The position numbers were made by a program, and so were the translations under genes. A stretch of 64,000 bases of DNA. It comes from Candidatus Moraniibacteriota bacterium. Lineage in GTDB: Bacteria > Patescibacteriota > Minisyncoccia > Moranbacterales > UBA1568. The stretch is from NCBI GenBank assembly GCA_030648835.1, contig JAUSGT010000001.1:133010-197009 (forward strand). Reading direction: 5' to 3'. The number at the start of each line of letters is the position of its first letter. Positions within the stretch are counted from its first letter, which is position 1. Below are positions 59,073 to 64,000 of this stretch, piece by piece. A model generated the notes under the pieces. The model was not told where the DNA came from and did not search any database. It saw only the letters and a program-made list of their open reading frames with translations.

Positions 59073-60485
59073 ATGTCCGAGCGGTTGTCTCATTTCAAAG
59101 ACGTGCATATGATCGGCATCAAAGGTGCCGGTATGACGGCTTTGGCCGAACTTTTGACCAAGCAAGGTGTCAGTGTTACCGGTTCCGATACGGCCGAGAT
59201 TTTTTTTACCGATCGCATCTTGCAAAATCTCAACATCAAATACCGGGAGGGGTTCGATCCGAAAAATATTCCGATCCAGACCAAGGCGATTATTTATTCG
59301 ACGGTGTATACCAGAGAGAAAAATGAAGAATTGGCCAAGGCTTTTGCGAGCGATCTACCGGTATTCAGTTATCCGGAGGCGGTGGGGATGCTCTCGCGCG
59401 AGAAGTTGACACTGGCGGTTTGCGGTACGCACGGCAAGACGACGACGAGCGCCCTTCTGGCGGAGACCCTGAAATTTTCCGGACTTGATCCGTCGGCCAT
59501 TGTCGGGAGCCGGATTATGAATTGGGAAGGCAACGCGCTTTCCGGAAGCGGAGAATACCTGGTGTTGGAAGCGGACGAATATCAGAACAAATTGGCACAG
59601 TATACTCCTTGGGGCGTCATTCTGACGAGCGTCGATTGGGATCACCCGGATTTTTTCCCCGACGAAGAGAGTTATAAACAAGTGTTTCGTGATTTTGTCG
59701 CGCGCATTCCGCGGCATGGTGTGCTCGTCTACTGCGGTGACTCGGCGGATGTCGCGAAAATAGCCGAGACAGCCATTTGTCGGAAAATTTCTTACGGGCT
59801 GCTTCCGGGGGCGGAATTTCGCATCAACGATTATCTGCCCGCGAAAATGGGTTTTGTCGGCGAGGCCGATGTAGTGAAACAAACATTTACGGTTACGCAT
59901 GGTGAAGAATCTCTTGGCGCGTTCGAGCTCCGGTTGGCGGGAGAGCATAACGCTCTCAATGCGACGGCCGTCTTGGCGCTCGCGGTTCATTTGAAACAGG
60001 ATGTCGAACGTGTCCGCAGAGCCTTTGAAAAGTTTTCCGGTACCGAGCGGAGATTCGAGTATATCGGTGAGCGGTACGGGGCGCTCATCTATGATGATTA
60101 CGCCCATCATCCGGAGGAGATCCGCGCGACGCTCAAGGCCTTTCGTGAACTGTACCCCGACCGGCGTTTGAGAGTCATTTTTCACCCGCACACCTTTACA
60201 CGGACCAAAGCATTTTTGACTGATTTCGCCCAGAGTTTCGATGCGGCCGATGAAGTGATGATTCTCGATATTTACGGGAGCGCCCGGGAAGAGAAGGGGA
60301 GCGTGTCGTCCCAGGATCTGGTCAACCTCATCAATCGATTCATTTCCGGCAAAGCGGAATACACACCTGTCGCGGCGGAACTCCTCACTCATTTGGAAGA
60401 GACAATCGGCCGTCAAGATGTTATCATCACTCTGGGAGCCGGCAATGTGTGGGAAATTTCCCATCGTTTGGCAAAGAGAAAATAA
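59073..60485 (+). CDS. murC: UDP-N-acetylmuramate--L-alanine ligase
   Basis: GIKGAGM, GTHGKTTT, EADE, DDYAHHP. Confidence 0.95.
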   Translation: MSERLSHFKDVHMIGIKGAGMTALAELLTKQGVSVTGSDTAEIFFTDRILQNLNIKYREGFDPKNIPIQTKAIIYSTVYTREKNEELAKAFASDLPVFSYPEAVGMLSREKLTLAVCGTHGKTTTSALLAETLKFSGLDPSAIVGSRIMNWEGNALSGSGEYLVLEADEYQNKLAQYTPWGVILTSVDWDHPDFFPDEESYKQVFRDFVARIPRHGVLVYCGDSADVAKIAETAICRKISYGLLPGAEFRINDYLPAKMGFVGEADVVKQTFTVTHGEESLGAFELRLAGEHNALNATAVLALAVHLKQDVERVRRAFEKFSGTERRFEYIGERYGALIYDDYAHHPEEIRATLKAFRELYPDRRLRVIFHPHTFTRTKAFLTDFAQSFDAADEVMILDIYGSAREEKGSVSSQDLVNLINRFISGKAEYTPVAAELLTHLEETIGRQDVIITLGAGNVWEISHRLAKRK

Positions 60486-60563
60486 TTCGTTTTCGGATCA
60501 TCCCCGCCCTCCAGTTGGCGGGTAAACATCCGGCGGGGATCTAATATTAAAATAAAAAAAATT

Positions 60564-60896
60564 ATGTCTCTTATCAACGTACTTATTCTTGTGTGTGTCG
60601 GCGCGGTTCTTACCGGTGGTGATTTTGCCATGAAAGCATGGTCGAATGGCCAGACTAGCCAGATCTCTTGGTATGTGTTCGCGATTCTTCTTTACGTGGT
60701 CGGGCTTTCCGCGTATGGCTATATACTGCGTTCTGCCGATTTTGCAGCCGCGTCATATTCCATTCTCCTTTTCAACATGATTTTTGTTGCTTTAGCCGGG
60801 TATTTGTATTTTGATGATGCGCTTTCATATTATGAATTAGCCGGTATTGTTTTGGGCATTACTTCTGTCGCGATGTTCACGTTATCAAATGAATAA
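60564..60896 (+). CDS. SMR/DMT-like 4-TM small membrane protein
   Basis: 110 aa, four hydrophobic helices. Confidence 0.6.
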   Translation: MSLINVLILVCVGAVLTGGDFAMKAWSNGQTSQISWYVFAILLYVVGLSAYGYILRSADFAAASYSILLFNMIFVALAGYLYFDDALSYYELAGIVLGITSVAMFTLSNE

Positions 60897-61830
60897 CGCT
60901 ATGATGCATCTGAAAAAAAACGTCCCTTTGACACCGCTCACGACTTTTCGTATCGGCGGGAAGGCGGATTATTTCGTGGAGGCAACAGGTGCTTTGGAGT
61001 TGGCGGAGGCTATCGAATACGCGACACAGCACGACTTGCCGGTTTTCATCTTCGGCGGAGGGAGCAATATACTTTTTTCGGATACAGGTTTCGCGGGGAT
61101 GGTCATCCGGATGGCGGATGGCGGTCTAAAGGTTTCCGGAGAGAAGATCCTCTCGGGCGCCGGTGTGCCGCTGTTTGACGTGGTGCGGGCCGCGCGGGAT
61201 GCGGGGCTTTCCGGCATCGAGCGATTGGCGGGTATTCCGGGATCCTTCGGCGGGGCGGTGCGGGGGAATGCCGGCGCTTTTGGCGCGGAAATAGGCAGTG
61301 TCATCAGTTCCGTCAAAGTGTATGTGAGGGATACCGGTATGGTGAAGGAATACAGCCGGAAGGAATGTGGGTTTGCCTATCGAACCAGTTTGTTCAAGAA
61401 AAATCCCGATCTGGTTATTCTTTCGGCTGAAATGAATCTGACGCTCGGAGACAAAAACGAATTGGGGAAAATTATCGATGACACGGTCGGCAAGCGCGAA
61501 GCGAAGCATCCGCAGGCCGCATCGTGCGCCGGGTCGTTTTTTATGAATCCGTTCGTCAAGGATGAAGATCTGCGTCGGGAATTTCAAAAGGATACCGGTA
61601 TGGTTCCCAAGGACGACAAGCTCCCGGCCGGCTGGCTCATCGATCACGCCGGTTTGCGCGGTAAAAAAATCGGCGGGGCGATGATAAGCAACCGGCATCC
61701 GAATTACCTCGTGAATACGGGGAACGCCACGGCAGAAGATGTCATTACTCTGGCGAGCTTGGTGAAGACCCGGGTGCGCAATGAGCTCGGGGTACGGCTC
61801 AAAGAAGAAGTCCAGTTTGTCGGTTTTTGA
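60889..61830 (+). CDS. murB: UDP-N-acetylenolpyruvoylglucosamine reductase
   Basis: TFRIGG, GGGSN, GIPGS.GG..GNAGA, AGSFF.NP. Start may be 60901. Confidence 0.95.
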   Translation: MNNAMMHLKKNVPLTPLTTFRIGGKADYFVEATGALELAEAIEYATQHDLPVFIFGGGSNILFSDTGFAGMVIRMADGGLKVSGEKILSGAGVPLFDVVRAARDAGLSGIERLAGIPGSFGGAVRGNAGAFGAEIGSVISSVKVYVRDTGMVKEYSRKECGFAYRTSLFKKNPDLVILSAEMNLTLGDKNELGKIIDDTVGKREAKHPQAASCAGSFFMNPFVKDEDLRREFQKDTGMVPKDDKLPAGWLIDHAGLRGKKIGGAMISNRHPNYLVNTGNATAEDVITLASLVKTRVRNELGVRLKEEVQFVGF

Positions 61831-62010
61831 ACTGAGCATTGCTTTTTAATGCAGTTGACAAGATTATTTATTATTACCTGTTTTTTGGTATAATAAAGTC
61901 GTTAGGGAATTGGTAAAAAAATAAAAAAAGTAAGGTCGAAAATTCATAGGGGCGAAAGGGGATATCTCTTTCGTTTTTTCATTTTAATTTTGACGGAAGG
62001 AGGGCGCATC

Positions 62011-62247
62011 ATGATGGGTTTCGAAGAGGAGCAAAACTATTTGCGGGAAACTCGCCTTGAGTGCGCCAGTTGCCACAGGTTCGCGTGGGGCAACGAAATG
62101 ATCAAGGATGGAAGCGGCAAGCGGCACCATCCGGATTGTTTGGCGCGCGCCAAAGCCAAGCGGGCCGAAAACAAGGCCCCGGTTATCCAATTGGTGCCGC
62201 GGGAAGAAGTTTCTTCAACACCGGACAAGGAACAGCTTGCCGCATGA
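62011..62247 (+). CDS. Small putative Zn-binding protein
   Basis: SD AAGGAGG; CxxC...HxxC pattern. Confidence 0.55.
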   Translation: MMGFEEEQNYLRETRLECASCHRFAWGNEMIKDGSGKRHHPDCLARAKAKRAENKAPVIQLVPREEVSSTPDKEQLAA

Positions 62248-62416
62248 AGGGAAAACCGAAGAGGTCGGGACTATTCGCGGGAGGAGACAGAATCTGTCAC
62301 ACCCCCGCTAAATTTTTGGGTGGGATAACTCAATATATGATATGATTATGCAGACTGGCGAAGCCGGATTACACAGAGTATAATGAAAATATAATTCCTC
62401 ATAAATACAGAATCAA

Positions 62417-62767
62417 ATGAACACACGCTTTCTGTTCAAGGGAGTAGAGATCGATGAACGGACACAGGATTATATTTTGAAGCGATTAACCAGGATCGCA
62501 AAGCTCGTGGACAAATTAGCGGAGTTCGAGATCGAAGTGAGTCGGGATAAGAAGGGAAAGTTTCGGATAGAGATGATGGTGAAAACTCCGAAGAATCTCT
62601 ATCGGGCGGAGGAGACCACGCAGAGTATCGAGGGGTCGACGGATATCGTGATTGACGAGTTGGAGGTCCAGATTGCCAAGAAGAAAAACAAACAGCGCGA
62701 TCTCAAGTTGCGCGGTAAGCGTTCCATCAAAAAAAAGCTCGTCTTTGATAAAGATTCACGATTCTAA
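62417..62767 (+). CDS. hpf: Ribosome hibernation factor HPF/RaiA family
   Basis: About 116 aa, S30AE-like pattern, immediately upstream of secA. Confidence 0.75.
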   Translation: MNTRFLFKGVEIDERTQDYILKRLTRIAKLVDKLAEFEIEVSRDKKGKFRIEMMVKTPKNLYRAEETTQSIEGSTDIVIDELEVQIAKKKNKQRDLKLRGKRSIKKKLVFDKDSRF

Positions 62768-62903
62768 GCAGTTAACAGTCAACGAAAAACAGTTAACAGT
62801 ACCCTCAAACCCTTTCCTTTGACGGAGGGGGTTTTTGCTTCTACAATAGGAAGGGTAGAAAAGTAGCTTTCTGTTCCTTGGATTACGAAACTCAATTCTC
62901 GGT

Positions 62904-62982
62904 TGTCATTCCGGGCTTGACCCGGAATCCAGGTTCTTGAAAATAAGACATATTCTGGATCCCCGCCTTCGCGAGGATGACA
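62904..62982. repeat. TGTCA...TGACA palindromic element
   Basis: TGTCATTCCGGGCTTGACCCGGAATCCAG...CTGGATCCCCGCCTTCGCGAGGATGACA. Confidence 0.65.
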
Positions 62983-63044
62983 GAAAATGGGAGTTTCGTA
63001 ATTCACAGTCCCGTTATCTGTTAATTGTTATCTGTTAATTGTTT

Positions 63045-64000
63045 ATGGCCTTCTTAGAAAAACTCTTCGGATCCAACGAGCGGGAAATAAACCGATTCCG
63101 TCCGCTGGTGGAAGAAATCAACACGTTCGAACCGACGCTCCAAGCTTTGTCGGATGAGGAATTGAAAGGCAAGGCGCAAACCTTCAGAGAGCGTTTGGCG
63201 GCTGGTGAGATTTTGGATGATATTTTGCCGGAAGCCTACGCGGTCGTGCGCGAGGTGGCAAAACGGGTGATCGGGGAGCGACACTACGATGTCCAGATGC
63301 TTGGTGGTATTGCTCTTCATCATGGAAAAATCGCCGAAATGAAAACCGGTGAAGGCAAGACGCTTACCTCGACGTTACCGATATATCTGAACGCGCTTAC
63401 GGGGTTGGGCGTGCATGTCGTGACCGTCAATGATTATCTCGCCAAACGCGACTGCAATTGGATGGGACGCGTGTATGAGGCGCTCGGACTGACGACCGGA
63501 TGTATCGTGGGACAGAATGTTTCGTACCGCTATGAATCCCACGTGAAAGACGATAACGCGGTCAGTGTGGAGAACTTGTCTGCCGTTGGGCAGATGGAAA
63601 ACCTGATTCCGGCGACGCGCCAGGAAGCGTACCGCGCCGATGTCACCTATGGCACCAACAATGAATTCGGTTTTGACTATCTGCGCGACAATATGGTTTC
63701 CGAACTCGCCGAAATGGCGCAAAAGGAACTCAATTTTGCCATCGTGGACGAAGTGGACTCGATACTTATTGATGAAGCGCGCACCCCGCTTATCATTTCC
63801 GCGCCGGATATGGAGTCGACCAAGCTCTACGAAAAATTCGCCAGAATTGTGCCGCTGCTTGCCGCGGAAGTGGACTATGTCGTGGATGAAAAAATGAAAG
63901 TAGTGACACTGACCGACGAGGGGATGAACCATGTGGAGCGCTTGCTCGGGATGGGAAATATTTACGCGTCGGGAAATATTCAGTACGTGCATCATCTGGA
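63045..64000 (+). CDS. secA: Preprotein translocase SecA (3' truncated; not in ORF track)
   Basis: Hand translation MAFLEKLFG...[11 protein letters not shown]...VTVNDYLA...GFDYLRDN...[20 protein letters not shown]. Confidence 0.97.
   Translation, partial: MAFLEKLFGSNEREINRFRPLVEEINTFEPTLQALSDEELKGKAQTFRERLAAGEILDDILPEAYAVVREVAKRVIGERHYDVQMLGGIALHHGKIAEMKTGEGKTLTSTLPIYLNALTGLGVHVVTVNDYLAKRDCNWMGRVYEALGLTTGCIVGQNVSYRYESHVKDDNAVSVENLSAVGQMENLIPATRQEAYRADVTYGTNNEFGFDYLRDNMVSELAEMAQKELNFAIVDEVDSILIDEARTPLIISAPDMESTKLYEKFARIVPLLAAEVDYVVDEKMKVVTLTDEGMNHVERLLGMGNIYASGNIQYVHHL

Noticed and set aside
1-64000. Numerous long antisense or overlapping ORFs in the track (e.g. 51830-52960, 59355-60464, 8237-9145, 41269-42213)
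   Set aside because: They shadow well-supported genes and show no recognisable motifs.
1-64000. Alternative genetic code (UGA=Gly) as in some CPR lineages
   Set aside because: Conserved genes are intact under code 11, and mreB, lysS and murB end at TGA at the expected lengths.

Overview
Chromosomal window from a small-genome bacterium using genetic code 11. Gene content and style suggest Patescibacteria/CPR (Parcubacteria-like); this is an inference. Almost all genes are on the + strand. Housekeeping genes: murJ, lepA, trxA, pcm, mltG, aspS, mreBCD-mrdA, greA, lysS, serS, frr, rseP, trmD, ftsW-murG-murC-murB, hpf, 5' part of secA, and two tRNAs. Interspersed are surface-glycan genes (four GT4, three Wzz-like, one Wzy/WaaL-like, two DUF4012-like) and orphan genes, many of them secreted. 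The main unexplained signal is a family of seven 120-130 bp elements with 20-bp inverted arms (CCCGGTAGT-RRAACTTCGAC ... GTCGAAGTTYY-ACTACCGGG) flanked by a duplicated TATG. In six copies the second TATG is the start codon of the next gene. The arms show compensatory changes and two reciprocal 'flip/flop' versions. Other finds: a leaderless aromatic-rich leader-peptide attenuator upstream of an uncalled Zn-ribbon microprotein; a radical SAM/SPASM gene with an uncalled CxxC precursor-like peptide and a methyltransferase, lying between a kinase and a response regulator; tandem repeats carrying the tRNA-Lys 3' end; a degenerate tRNA-Val overlapping lysS; and several other small repeat families. 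All calls are from reading the sequence only; no searches were run.
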